The notes under the pieces were generated by a model. That model was not told where the DNA came from. It saw nothing but the letters and a program-made list of their open reading frames with translations, and did not search any database. 64,000 nt of DNA from NCBI GenBank assembly GCA_964270895.1, contig OZ185443.1, one strand, 5' to 3'. The position numbers were made by a program, and so were the translations under genes. This document shows positions 34,771 to 47,800 of this stretch, piece by piece (within the stretch, counting starts at the first letter, position 1; each line of letters opens with the position of its first letter). The stretch comes from Podarcis filfolensis. Taxonomy: Eukaryota.

Positions 34771-37499
34771 TATAATGTATAATGACTGTGCTCTAGTCAT
34801 TATACCAATTGTTAGTTATTTGCCCCTTTCCCTTTTTTAAAATCCTCAAGTATTTAACTTTATTTTCAACACTGCAGGCTAGTTCAATGACAGTACGATA
34901 TTGCTGTTACATTTTACAGTAAGTTTACAGCCTAATTATGAATTAAAATGGTTTTCCAGATACAATGTGTACGGTCTTAATAATCTCATCCACCTTGCTG
35001 TAACACCTTTTTATTTTATTCACATTCCAGAAATTTTCATACGTAAGTGGGTATCTTTAAGCAGCCTCTGTTCTGATCATATAGATTTTAATTTCCTAAC
35101 TTTCCCCTTTAGGCTATTTCTGGTTTCCGTATTATTAAAAAAATGAAGTTTCCTGTGAAATTATTGGTTTATGTTATGATCCCCATGGGAGGATGCCAAG
35201 TTTAATTACATTATGGTCATTGCTACCAAGTGGCTGAACCACATATTTCCTGAATCGGACATGATTTTTGTCAAGAGCAATTTCTTTCCTTGAGTCTTCC
35301 AGAAGTAGCTTATGAGCAATATGTTTTTTTGCTGCACATATCCTCAGAAGGAAAACAATTTAGTGGATAAGACTAGTGGAAGAACATCACCTCCCCCATA
35401 TTAACAAGCAGTTTAGGGTTGATTTATACAAGTATTAGCCCATGACACACAGCAAATTCACAGCTGACCATGTACTGAAATAGTTAATGCCCCAAACTTG
35501 AATCTTCGCATCCAGGAATTGTTCTTTTAATATTTTTTTTGCACCAACAAGCTTTACTCTTAAGCTTGATTGTTACTTTTACATTGTAGGTACCCTGCCC
35601 TGGAACCAATTGGTGAAGAGTTATAAATAGAATTAATAAATAATAGGCCAAAGTCCAATAACAGACATGGCCTCAGTTGGCTGAAAAGCACTCAAGAAGA
35701 GAGGCTGAAGAGGTAAGTGGCAGGTGTGGGGCAGCAAATACTTATTCAACGAACTTAGTAAAGTTCAGATACTGGGAAATACGAGCTGTCCAGCTTTGTT
35801 ACACTCTTTAAGGAGTATTACTATTTAACAGAGACGTCACCAGTTTTAGACTGCTTCTCAGGCTGCTTACTGGAAATGTAAATTCTTTGAAGAAAGCAGT
35901 ATGGAACCTGTTTTCAGAGTTGGTTGTGGAATTCAAAAACTATTTATCTGATGGGAACCAGAGCTTTGCTATATGCACAATAGATCCCAGTTGCTAATCA
36001 AATAATTCTTTCTCTTTTCTGTGAATAGCCATCCTTTTTTTTTGTTTTTGTTTTTACAAAGAGAAGACTAAATGAATACACCAGAAGGAGGTTTATAGGT
36101 TTCTTCATAGTTAAGGAATAAATGAGAAATGCAATACATGGATAAATAAAATTTGAATTGTTGCAATATATGAAGTAGAATTTAGTTTAGATAACTGTAA
36201 ATGTTACTCCATTCAGGTGATATTACTGAATGTTTAGGCTCTGCATTGCAAATTCATTTAGCTGTATTCCTGCGCATATTTCCAAATTATTCACACATGA
36301 AGGATGTTTTATTTAAAAGAACTGATATTTACATATGGTTGTGCATGGTATAGTAGCTGAAAGGGTATACAGTGAATCTGAAATACCGGGAGTCTTTTCT
36401 GTCATATGTACAGTATGTCCAAACTATAAAACTAACAAAATGTGGAAGAAAATACAGTTTGAACAAGTGTTATGGCTATAGTCTAGGGCCCATTCCTTGA
36501 ATGGGGCCACTCTAGTTGTGGAAAATGGAACACTTTGTGCTTTTATTGCTACCTTAGCTGTTTGTGAAGAATAAATGCATTGACCAACATTTTGACCAAA
36601 TATGGGTGAATGAGCAAATGTGTGGGTTCCTAGAATGAAGATTGAAGCTGAAGCACTCATCCCCCAGTACAGATGTAGCTCCAGACAAACCAAAAACTGT
36701 AATAAAAGTTTGCTCTTGGAGGAGAAAAACCATCAGCCCAGGTTCAGATATAATGCTAAGCCCAACAGTACCGTAGCTCCAGGTTGTGAGGCAATAACAG
36801 GACTGGGGGCGGACTGCAACCATGATCTTCACTCCATGAACCCACACATTTGCTTGCTTGTGCTAATTCACAGTTTGGCTTGGTGTTATGCTGAATCTCT
36901 TTGCTACCATTTCTTTCTTCTTTTCTTGTTCTGACTCACTTAATACCTTGGGATGATGAGCTGCTCTGATGTCAGAGTGTGCTTCTAATACTCTTGCAGG
37001 TAAGTCAGCAAGGCCTTCAAGGTTCTCTGTGACATCAAAGAGCCTTTTGCAGATCCCAGCTGTCATAGCCTTTGATTGCCACTGCTTTAGTTTTTCTGAA
37101 GTCACAGAGGACTCTGCAAGTCTTGGGCCAGACAGAAGCAATAGAAAAACCACCAATTATGAATTTGCAGGACCACGGACAACTTTGAGCTAAATTATTT
37201 GGCGAATTCATGAATATACTTATGGTATGGGCTTTCAAATGATGCCATAGTTCTGATAAGTCCAGTAGTTCTAGTCTATCCTATAACTAGACTCAGAGAG
37301 AAAACTCTGACTTGGTGCTAATAAGTTAGGATGTAATAGTTATCTATTTGCTCCGGGTCTATTTCATGCTTCTGCTTAAATGCAGGAATTATAATTTTTT
37401 GTGGGGCCTGTTGAACACTGGGACCAAATCCTGCACTCTTTATCCAAATGGAAAATATGGATTACCTTTGCTACACAAACCATGGAAAATCTTAAGTAT

Positions 37500-37503
<4 letters not shown>

Positions 37504-37557
<54 letters not shown>
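37504..37557. repeat. Compound (TA)n(GA)n microsatellite
   Basis: Read directly. Confidence 0.95.
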
Positions 37558-37562
<5 letters not shown>

Positions 37563-38145
37563 TATTCACCATGAAAAGAAGTTGCATGAGTGGACTGCTT
37601 TGTAACAAAAGGTTAATGCTGCAAGCAGAAGTCTGTCTATCCCATTTTTCCAGACATTTGACCTGGTCCTTGAATATGTTTGTCTACTGGTCATAATTTT
37701 GTGCTGTTCCATACTAAGTTTGTTAACAATCTTTTATTATTTTGTGTAATCTCTTGGGTGGCTTGCATTTGAAGTTTAAGGCTTGTTTACACACACTTTA
37801 AAGAGCTTAAGTTTATGAGAAAACAGATGCTAAAGAATGATTGTAGCAACACTAACCGTCTCTCCAAATGCATATTGCAGATAAAGTTTAGGGGCAAAAA
37901 ATGAAGCTAATCAAATTAGATTTCTCTGAATTTGAACAAATCTAGAAGATTTTTTCCTTACCAGTCCTTTAAAAGTGTCCAAGGTTTAGTCTGTGTGCCT
38001 ACTGGTAAACACTATCTGAAATTGGACAGGGAAGTTCAGAAGATTATGGCTGTATCCTGAAAAATGCTTCACATGCACACACTGTTAAAAATCATATCTC
38101 ATATTTCACATCCTAATTGCTAAAGGGAAACCATGTATATGCCAC

Positions 38146-38200
<55 letters not shown>
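38146..38200. repeat. (TAT)18 microsatellite
   Basis: Read directly. Confidence 0.97.
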
Positions 38201-38201
<1 letters not shown>

Positions 38202-38214
38202 TAATATTTGCCAA

Positions 38215-38405
38215 AGAAGGGAGGAATACAGGAAGCCACCTCATACAGAGTCAGACTACTGGTGCATTTAACTCAGCACCTATGCTGTCTGGGAACAGCT
38301 TTCTGGGGTTTCAGAGAGGACTCAGCCCCTTGTGGAGATGCCACAGGCTGAATGGATCCGGGAACTTTTACATGCATGGCATGTGCTCAACCAATGAGCA
38401 GGGGA
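38215..38405 (-). mobile_element. Degenerate tRNA-derived SINE (same family as 43290 and 61588)
   Basis: AGGAAGCCACCTCATACAGAGTCAGAC...GGGGTTTCAG is the reverse complement of the family 3' half. Confidence 0.6.
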
Positions 38406-38832
38406 GAAAGAAGAAAAAGCATTTCAGAGAATTAAGTGCTGTCCTTTAACAACAAGGTCATTGATTTTCCTTGTAGCAAGGAGTCTTTCATAAAATCTAA
38501 TAGCACCTGTCACTGTACACATCACAGGCCTAGAAGTACAATCTTCATCCTTAGAAAGAAATAATCTGGTCTTGTAGGCTGGCTTGAGTTGCAGTGATGT
38601 AAGCTGCAGTGCTCCAGCTGAAGCTCAAATATTATACTTGGGAAGCAGGATGGAAGTGGCTAGCTCCATCACACTTCTTTAAAAAGTATTTGGCTAAAGT
38701 AACTGCTTTGCTTTGCTTTCCATTCCTCCAATGCAGCAAAAGGCCAAAGGATGCCACACAAGCTGAAGGAAGAGATCCTCCATTCTCTCTTCCACTGTTG
38801 AATGGAAAGTGTATGGCACTGTGTGCCATGAA

Positions 38833-38925
38833 GAGAACATAATAAGAGCCTTGTTGGATCAGGCCATCTAGTTCTCACGGTGGCCAACCAGATGTCTATG
38901 GGAAGTCCACAAACAGGACCTGAGG
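38833..38925 (-). mobile_element. CR1 3' fragment
   Basis: GAACATAATAAGAGCCTTGTTGGATCAGGCCATCTAGTTCTCACGGTGGCCAACCAGATG. Confidence 0.7.
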
Positions 38926-40530
38926 TTTAGCAGTGGTACATGGAAAACCAATGGTATAAAGCACCAAAGTAGCTCATGTGCCAATTTTTTATTTTTATAT
39001 ATTTAGCACACTTGCATCCAGCTTTCTTCCACAATGGAAATCAAGACTGCAGACAGTTGGTCCCCAGGTGGTCTTCCATCCAGACATTACCCACACCCAG
39101 AAATATGTTGCTTTGACAAGACAGCTGCATCATGTGCCTCCAGACAATGCTTTGGGACAGATTCTAAAACTCACCACATCCTATGAGTGACTACCTCAGG
39201 GCAGTGGTTCATAGCTTTTTCTGACTTAACTAAGGCTAGTCAATATGATCAAGTGGGTGAGGGAATGCCTTAAAACTGACCAGAAATGGGTTCCTCTGTT
39301 GGTGAACCATTCACCTAAAGATGCTCATCACTCAGAACCTCTAATTTTAATCAAACCAGCCACCTAAATGTGACTTGTGATACGGTAAAAGTTCTAGGTT
39401 CTGAAAGGGAAGTGCCCACACCACATGATCAGCTTTCAACATGGGACAACATTTGTTAAGTCAGATTTCATAAATAGGAGGAATTCCTTCTATCTGGCAA
39501 TATGGTAGTACAAAGTATTTTGTTGACTGCACCTACTAGTACTGACATACAAAAAGCACATCATAGCTCTTTTCAGATATTCCCTCTGTGTAATTATAAT
39601 TCCATGGTGGTGGGGCAGCACTCTGCCCCTGCATCCCTTTCCAGGCCCAGATCTTGCCTTCTTTCGAGGTGTGACATCTGGAAAAGGTTGGGGATACTGC
39701 ATGATGAGCATTCTCAGCCAGGAGGAGACCATATCCTTTCTAGATGATCTCTTCAATGAATGGTTTGGGAAGGGGGAGGAAAGGGATGTGAAAGGCACAA
39801 TGGTGGAACAACCTCATTCTGCCCCTCCCAGTGATTACAACTACATGGAATAAATGCCTGACATACTGTAATTCCTGTGTGACACACACTGGGGTATGAT
39901 AGGCCATCTGGACCACCTTTAGTATGACCATGGTTTGGTCTTCATCCCTTTCCTAGGTTCTCCTCCACTTTTTTCCAGATTTGCCATGAAAACTGCATAT
40001 ATTTTGATATTGTTGTTGACTTCAGTGCCCCTTGTATCTCTTGCACAATATATATGTCAATGGAAGTATACTAGCTGTATCCTCGTTTTGTCAGGACTTG
40101 GGAATTGCTTACAGCAATTGCTATTTGCTTCAGACGGTTGAAGCATAAAGCATACCGTCACCATTGTGACTTTTTGTGGGGCATAGCTGAAAACATGCCA
40201 GCTGAAAGCCCACCAAAGTGCACAACATGCACATCAAGAAGAAACATTTCCCTATGATTATATCAAGTACAAAGGCCCATACAAGGAAAAGCAAACACAT
40301 CTGTGCTTAGCACTATGATGGCTAGCACATTATAAATACCTAAGAAAGTAAATTCAGGGACCTGATCTTCCTAGATTAGATAAACCTCTGTGTTGTCATA
40401 ACAGACCTCCCTGATGCTAAAACTATGAAATGTCTGAAGTAATTCGATCGCTGAATGTTGGTGCTTCACTTGAAGAAGAAAAACACCCACAGAAGTATAG
40501 TGCTCTTTTTCTGAATTTATCTACTTTATA

Positions 40531-40772
40531 CAGTGGTACCTCGGGTTACATACGCTTCAGGTTACATACGCTTCAGGTTACAGACTCCGCTAACCCAGAA
40601 ATATTGCTTCAGGTTAAGAACTTTGCTTCAGGATGAGAACAGAAATTGTGCTCCGGCGGCGCGGCAGCAGCAGGAGGCCCCATTAGCTAAAGTGGTGCTT
40701 CAGGTTAAGAACAGTTTCAGGTTAAGTACAGACCTCCGGAACGAATTAAGTACTTAACCTGAGGTACCACTG
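40531..40772 (-). mobile_element. Tc1/mariner MITE, copy C (opposite orientation)
   Basis: TA TSD; TIR CAGTGGTACCTC(G/A)GGTTA; 242 bp; near-identical to the reverse complement of copy A. Confidence 0.93.
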
Positions 40773-41345
40773 TATATTATTTTATAACCTTGTGACATCG
40801 TGTAGGCCAGCTCCTCCTAAACGTAACAAAAACCTTGACAAGCAGCTCTGGATTAGGCCAAAGGCATATCAAGTCCAGCATTCTGTCTCCTGCAGTGGCT
40901 CCCAGATACCTCTTGAAAAGCTAACATGCCCTTGCCTTTCTTCCTTTTACGTCAAGGTCTCCCCCTTTGCTTTAAGAACTGCTGCTTTTATCTCAGGAAG
41001 AGCCCTGGTTCTTGCTTCCTGTTGAGAACATCACTACAATAAAGCAGAGTTATTCAACCCTGGGATACCCAGTCTTGGGATACTTCCATACTATGGTAAC
41101 ATAATCAAACCATGTGTCTCTCTTCAGTTCACATCACTGGCTGATGCTAGGGTTGTGGGTAGGATGCCGGAGAAATGTTTCTCACAATACGATCCTTGTC
41201 ATAAGAGGGGAAGCCTGACTTGCTTTTTGGGGCAGGGATCCCACATTCATTGTCATGCCTGGTTCACACCACAGGTTATGGAAATGAAGTCCATAATATT
41301 GAACAGAATTCAAGCAGAAGTTCAGTAGAAATTTCTATCATAAGG

Positions 41346-41592
41346 AAGAAGAAGAAGAAGAAGAGTTTGGATTTGTTATCCCGCTTTATCACTATCTCAA
41401 AGCGGCTAACATTCTCCTTTCCCTTCCTCCCCCACAACAAACACTCTGTGAGGTAAGTGAAGCTGAGAGACTTCAAAGAAGTGTGACTGGCCCAAGGTCA
41501 CCCAGCAGCTGCATGTGGAGGAGCGGAGACGCGAACCCGGTTCCCCAGATTACGAGTCTACCGCTCTTAACCACTACACCACACTGGCTCTC
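41346..41592 (-). mobile_element. Full-length, young Ther1-derived SINE (Squam3-like) with (CTT)n tail
   Basis: Minus strand: GAGAGCCAGTGTGGTGTAGTGGTTAAGAGC (A-box), GGGTTCGCGTCTCC (B-box), GGGTGACCTTGGGCCAGTCAC (CORE), then a (TTC)n tail. Confidence 0.88.
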
Positions 41593-41749
41593 AAGGATTC
41601 AACTGACAACATGTTTACACCTTGTAAGAGGTCTGTGGCACAGATATACTTAGTTTTCTGATTGTCATTTGTGCATTGTGTGCTGCATAACACAGAGAAG
41701 CTTGGCGCACTTAATCATATGTCAAAATATGGTTTGAATAACACATACA

Positions 41750-42140
41750 TAGAACGGAAGATGACAAGATCCTCAAGGATGCGCTCTACAAGGAGCAGGC
41801 TTCAGGCACTCGGCCTGTGGCATACCAATTCTATGTTACAAAGTTGTCTGCAAACATGACATGAAGGCTGGCAATATTAACCCCACCATATGGGAATCCC
41901 TTGCAAACAAGTGCAGTGCCTGGAGACAGACAGTCAGGTCGTATATCCACAGTAGTGACCAGAGGAGCAATGAACAGAGGAGCAATGACCACTGGGAGGA
42001 GCACACAGAGAAGGAACTCCATGGTGCACCTATAGTTGCGAAACCAGATGCCTTCATCTACCCCAGCTGCAATAAAACATGTCTCACCCGTATTGGTCTC
42101 TACAGCCACAGCAGGCACTGTGACTCTCCAACAGTGCTCC
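41750..42140 (+). mobile_element. RTE-clade LINE 3' fragment
   Basis: Peptide DMKAGNINPTIWESLA...SAWRQTV...DAFIYPSCNKTCLTRIGLYSHSRHC; internal 15-bp duplication ACAGAGGAGCAATGA. Confidence 0.9.
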
Positions 42141-43289
42141 CCAAAGCTGCATTTGTGCAGCTTTCAGGATGGGGCAGAGTGAGGATGAAAATAGGGCTGC
42201 GTGGCTGCACTTGTGAAGGCAACACAGCGATTCTGATAGTACTTCAGTGTACCCACCACCCTGTCCCCATCAAGGTAAGCTGCAACCTCCTGGTGTCAGG
42301 AAGGCATCTCCACCCCACCACATCATCTGCTACTGGAAAGGAGACAATGATATGGTCACTTGCCATGTAAGTATGTTCCACTTCCAAGGTTACAGAACTG
42401 TGGCCTGCAATATAATCACATAGTGGTCCCTTCTTGTGTGATATTTCCACTCTGGCATTATTAGCAGCGGCACCACACCACCCCTGTGGCATAAAATGAA
42501 TCCAGGAGATCAGACATACAGCAACACAGACAGAAAGCACAAATATATAACTGGATTCCTTCACCAACTCCTGATTGGCTGGCTTGGTGGGAGTAATTTG
42601 GCAACTATCCCCTGCTGGCTCTTTTTCCAGAACTTACTACTGATTGAAATTATTTTAAAGGTGGATTGTGCTCCTTCTATTCTTACTGAGCCCTTTTGGT
42701 TAGCATCATTAAAAAAACACACCCCGCATTTCAGCTTCTGAATTTTATTTCAGTCTGAACAACTTCTATTTTAAATCAAAAACAAATGGGCAACCAGATC
42801 CCACAGATCATATACCCACTTTCCCAAATTAAATATAATAGCCAATATTGGTTTAATGGCAATTTATTTATTTTCAAGTAGGAAAAATGTGAGTTTTAGC
42901 TGGCAAATTACACACATGTGCTGTTGCCGAAACAGCTTCAGCTTCTCCTTGGCACTTATTTATTTATTTATTTCAACTATAGGAGAAGAACGCGATCTTC
43001 ACTTTAAAAGATTCTATGGAAACTAAGACCAGATTCATATGATATAAGGTAGAAATGATGAGCAGAAAGGTAAACCATCTGTCAGCAGGTTTAGCCTTTC
43101 AAAAATCATGTTATATCCTGCTAGAGCTCTGCCTGTGAATTAGGAGGAAAAGAATGGAGCTGGAAATGTAATAACTTATCACACTGTGTATAACTTAATC
43201 ACCCTAAGTAATCTAGGTGTCTGACCCCTTCACATGTAACCTCAGAGATATGGGAGTTGATCATCATCCTTTGGTGGTATGTTTGGTGG

Positions 43290-43480
43290 GTATTAGTGAA
43301 GGGTGCAGCTGAGTAGTAGACCTTGCAGAATGTCCATGATTCAAACCCTGGAACCTTCAGGTAAGGCTTGGAATGTCCCCTTTCAAAACCCTGGAGAGCC
43401 ACTGCCAGTCAACATGGACAGTACTGAGTTAGATGGACCAATGGACCGACTTGTTATACGGCAGCTTCCAATGTTCCAGT
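43290..43480 (+). mobile_element. tRNA-derived SINE with CR1-like tail
   Basis: AAACCCTGGAGAGCCACTGCCAGTC...ACTGAGTTAGATGGACCAATGG...GGCAGCTTCCAATGTTCC. Confidence 0.7.
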
Positions 43481-43724
43481 GATATAGTTCCGCAAAATCT
43501 GGAGAGCTACAATTTCCCCCACTCCCACCTTAGATAAAGTTCATTTCTCCTGATATCTGAGGACATCAGCTGGGGTGGAAAAGGGCGTATTCTTTTAAGA
43601 AAAAAACACACTGGGGAAATGGTATAGTGAGATCCTTATGCCTCATGACCCTGATGTTTTGTTTTGATTTATTCAATTATAAGCCCGTTCTTCACTGATA
43701 GCCCCAAGGCATATTACATATTTA

Positions 43725-44672
43725 TTTATTCAATTTATAACCTGCCCTTCCTACCAGAGGAGCCCAGGGCAGCAAACACATCAACAGCAATACCATTTAA
43801 AACATTCCCCAAACAGTTATATTCTAAAAACCCTCACATTCCCTGTGTCAATAATTTTAGGGTTGCTAGCAACAGTTTACCCATTAAATTCCTGGGTAAA
43901 CAGGGTTTTTTTTAAAATTTCCTCCTGAAAGTCAACAATGAAGGAGACAGATGAGGGGGAGGCATTCCCACAAAAGGGGAACCATCACTGAGAAGGCCTT
44001 GGCATGTGTCAATGTCAACCAGGCAGCCTCCAGTAACCTAACCATGAATTAAAACACCAAAAATGATCTAAAACTGGATCCTAACCAATATATATCAAAG
44101 CTTTCATCAAAACTAGAATGGAAACAGTAAAATCTAATACACAGCTAGCATATCCTGAACAAAAAAAAAAAATGAACTTCTTCAAAATGCTTGCACAGAG
44201 AGGCACATCTTCAGTTGCCTATGGAATGGCATCAGCACTGATGCCAAATGTACCTCTGGTAGTAAGTCATTCCAGAGATGGGGTGCTGCCACAGAGGAAG
44301 CCCTTTTCTTTTCTTTGCATTCACTCCCTGTACCTCAACTGTGGGTGGGACCATCAAGAAAGCCCCTCATAGAGATTTTAAGGCCAGGGCAGGTTGATAT
44401 CAGAGGAGGTGCTCCTTCACATCATTTAGGCTCAAGTCATCTAGGGCTTTATAAGTTAACATCAACACCCTAAATTTGACTCAGAAGCTAATCAAGAACC
44501 AGTGTGGTTCCTGGAAAACTAGCATTATAGGGGTCCACTTACTGATACCTGTTAGCATCCTGACCGCTGCACTCTGCACAAGTTGTAGCTTCCAAATTAT
44601 CTTCCAGGGTCACTCCACACAGAGCCTGTTACAGCAATCCAGTCGGGAGGTTACCAGAGCATAGGTAACCGC
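43725..44672 (-). mobile_element. L2 LINE fragments (3' UTR about 43725-44040; ORF2 remnant about 44250-44672)
   Basis: Minus-strand peptide YALVTSRLDCCN...KLQLVQSAAVRMLT, matching the L2 at 9680-9830. Confidence 0.8.
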
Positions 44673-44742
44673 AGCTAGTCTTTCCTGTCTTTGTGCCTCC
44701 ATTGCTTGTACTGACTTTCAACAAAGGACCTCAGGATGTGGC

Positions 44743-44745
<3 letters not shown>

Positions 44746-44822
<77 letters not shown>
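44746..44822. repeat. Compound (CT)n(CA)n microsatellite
   Basis: Read directly. Confidence 0.97.
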
Positions 44823-44824
<2 letters not shown>

Positions 44825-45764
44825 CAACCTCCTTTCTTTAATTACATTTTCTAAATAACATCTCATTTAGTTGGTTTTGAAAATTTCTAAATAGAATATT
44901 CCTTTGCTTACAACAAATGACATGCCAGAAGAAGACTTTTTAAACACTTTTTAAAATTGTTGAATGCTCTAAAATGAGTTGTACACATAGCAAAATTGAA
45001 ACACAAATTATCTAGCACTGTGTGTGGGATGCAGCTCTAATTCATACACTGCATGGAAAAGAAGCTGGCAGTCTTCACCCTACTGCACACATCTCCATAA
45101 TAGCAGGGTATAAGGCATACAATTTCAAGGAACACCCACAATGAAAACTATATTTTCCAAATAGAGCCTTGTTTTGGAACAAGTTCAGTTAATTGACACC
45201 ATGGGATTCCTCTTGAGGAAACACAGAGCATTAAACCTACACATGTTCATGGAAAATGATAAAGTATCATCCTCATCTAGGTTCTTCTAACCCAGGACAC
45301 TGGGCCCAAAATCAACAAAGGCCATAATGTATTTAGTGTAAAACAGACTGCCTAAATATTACTTCAGTGTTCCACAACTGCAAGCAAAAGCTAATAGTTA
45401 TCTTGTTCAGAGCTACAGGTCTCTATAGCACTTGGGTGCATTCCATATTTTTCATCTTATTCCAACAAAAATGGAAAAGGAAGTGAAGGATGCTGGAGTT
45501 CACATGTTCATCTGTTGTCAGGAATGGAAATCAGTGAAGCAAAAATGATCAGTATTCATTCACATCATCTCTTTTTATATATATATAAAAGTCTGCAAAT
45601 GGTGTGTAATTCATGGCTTTTAAAAACATTGTTTTGACATTTCCTTTACATTGAGATGAATGTAAGTTATGTAAATGGTTACGTAGTTTATGTAAGTTGC
45701 ATAACTTACATTAAATAGCAGGGAGGAGAATGGCATAGTACTTGGCAGAAACTAAACTACAGTG

Positions 45765-46128
45765 ACGCTGGTGGCGCTGTGGGTAAAACCTCAGTGCCTA
45801 GGACTTGCCGATCGTATGGTCGGCGGTTCGAATCCCCGCGGCGGGGTGAGCTCCCGTCGTTCGGTCCCAGCTCCTGCCCACCTAGCAGTTCGAAAGCACC
45901 CCTAAGTGCAAGTAGATAAATAGGTACCGCTTTATAGCGGGAAGGTAACGGCGTTTTCGTGCGCTGCACTGGTGCTGGCTCGCCAGAGCAGCTTCGTCAC
46001 GTTAGCCACGTGACCCGGAAGTGTCTTCGGACAGCGCTGGCTCCCGGCCTCTTAAGCGAGATGAGCACGCAACCCCAGAGTCGGTCACGACTGGCCCGTA
46101 TGGGCAGGGGTACCTTTACCTTTACCTT
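45765..46128 (+). mobile_element. Full-length Sauria SINE (Squam1)
   Basis: A-box GGTGGCGCTGTGG, B-box GGTTCGAATCC, (ACCTTT)n tail, 12-bp TSD TAAACTACAGTG (45753-45764 and 46129-46140), CpGs intact. Confidence 0.95.
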
Positions 46129-47294
46129 TAAACTACAGTGGAATGGAAACGGCATTGATTGTGAAGAACACAGGTTGGGAAATCGCTGCCTTCCTACATC
46201 CTTGTTCAGAAAACACCAAGCTGTATTTAATCCTCACAAAATGTCAACAACACACCCTTCTTTACCAAACTATCAGCACGATCCATTTCCTTCTCTTTTA
46301 AGATCTAGTAACAGTGGTGCCACACCAATGAGAGATATGGTTCATATGAAAGAAAAGAGAACATTCAAAACACTTTGTTCTGCTCCTCATCACAGTTCTG
46401 AAAGGGAGAGGATAAAAAAATGTTTTCCACTCCAATGCAGTGTTGGATAGAAGACTCTCATCCTATCTCTGACCTTCAGTGGGGGCCAAAAGGATTGGTA
46501 TCCGCTCTGCTGTAACTCTGCCTGTTTGCTTGAATATTTGAATGTAAGGGGAACATGTTTTTTCTATTCAGGGCCACATTCTCTCAGGAGTAATTAGTCA
46601 GAGACTGCATGCAAGTGGTGAGCAGGGGCCAAAGACAATGGTGCGCAGGGGCACTGCAGTTTTGTTTTCTTTCAGTCGCCATCTTTTCACTTTCTCTCTC
46701 TGCTACTCCCATTCCCCCTGATTTTCCCTCCTAGCATCCTGCATGGAATCCAGGTTCCCTGACCCACATATTGGGGTCCCCAAATAAAAGCATTTATGAT
46801 CAGAATTTAGGGCAAGTATTTTCCATTTATAGGGCCGCCATTCAACCCACTTGTGTCGCTTTCAGTGGTTTAAGCTTGCATAACTTCGTGCAAGATTGTG
46901 GCTACAAGGCTGTTCAGGCAAGGGTTCTCTTGCCAAGACACTCTTGTGATGTAAATCATAATATAGAAAGTGTTGGTGTCTAGATCTTCTTGTGAGGCAG
47001 AGAGAAGTACAGTAAAAATGTAGGAACAGCTCGGTTCACCTGTGTCTGACCTGAGCACATATCCCTTCAGATTCTACAAAGGCAAAAGTTTCTTAGCTCC
47101 CTCTGCATTTGGTATACTAGAAATAAACAGCAGAAGCAGCCGCAAGAGCAAGTTAAGGAAAGCCAGATCTTGCAGAACAGGAATGGAGAACCTGTGGCCC
47201 TCAGGTTGATGAACTTCAACTCCCATCAGCCCCAGTAAGGACGGCCAATGACCAGGGGTTATCATCATCATCATCATAATCATCAACAACATTT

Positions 47295-47800
47295 TAAAAT
47301 TTATTACCCACCCTTCACCAGCAGGTCCCAGGGTGGGTTACAACAGTTTAAAATTCGTAATTAAAAATAGAACAGAGTGCAGTCATGGTAACAGTGTGGG
47401 GCCCTGACACATCCGAGGTGTCAAAGGCCAGGTTGTTGTTTCTTTACAATCAAGAGGCACATATATTTTGTGAAATAAATAAAATAAAAATAAAAATGAG
47501 GATGTGTGTCTTCAGCATTTATTGAAAGCTGTATAGTGAAGAAGTCAGACATAAAATTTAGGGCCGGCCGTGGAGAATACTCTCTCCTGGGCCACCCCAA
47601 TGAACCTCTGAGGGAGGTGGAAATGCCAAGAGGGCCCCCTCTGCTGATCACAACAGCAGGAGGGTCTGGAGGGAAGAAGCTGGTATTTCAGATATTTGGG
47701 GTCTAAATCATTTAGGACTTTAAACACTAGCATGATTGCTTAGAATTGGACCTGAAAACAAACTGGCAGCCAATGCAGCTGTTGTATGAGAGTTGCAACC
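47295..47800 (-). mobile_element. L2 LINE 3' fragment
   Basis: Minus-strand peptide QLHWLPV...MLVFKVLNDLDPKYLK followed by the 3' UTR. Confidence 0.8.

Noticed and set aside
36863-37156. 97-aa minus-strand ORF in intron 4 as a nested gene or exon
   Set aside because: No recognisable homology; its length is within chance expectation for 64 kb in six frames.
38117-38449. ORF with a poly-isoleucine run
   Set aside because: It is a translation of the (TAT)18 microsatellite.
41861-42370. 169-aa plus-strand ORF with a Cys/His motif
   Set aside because: It is the C-terminal end of an RTE LINE ORF running into flanking DNA, not a host gene.
45765-45845. tRNA gene
   Set aside because: It is the tRNA-derived head of a Sauria SINE, continuous with the SINE body, tail and TSD.
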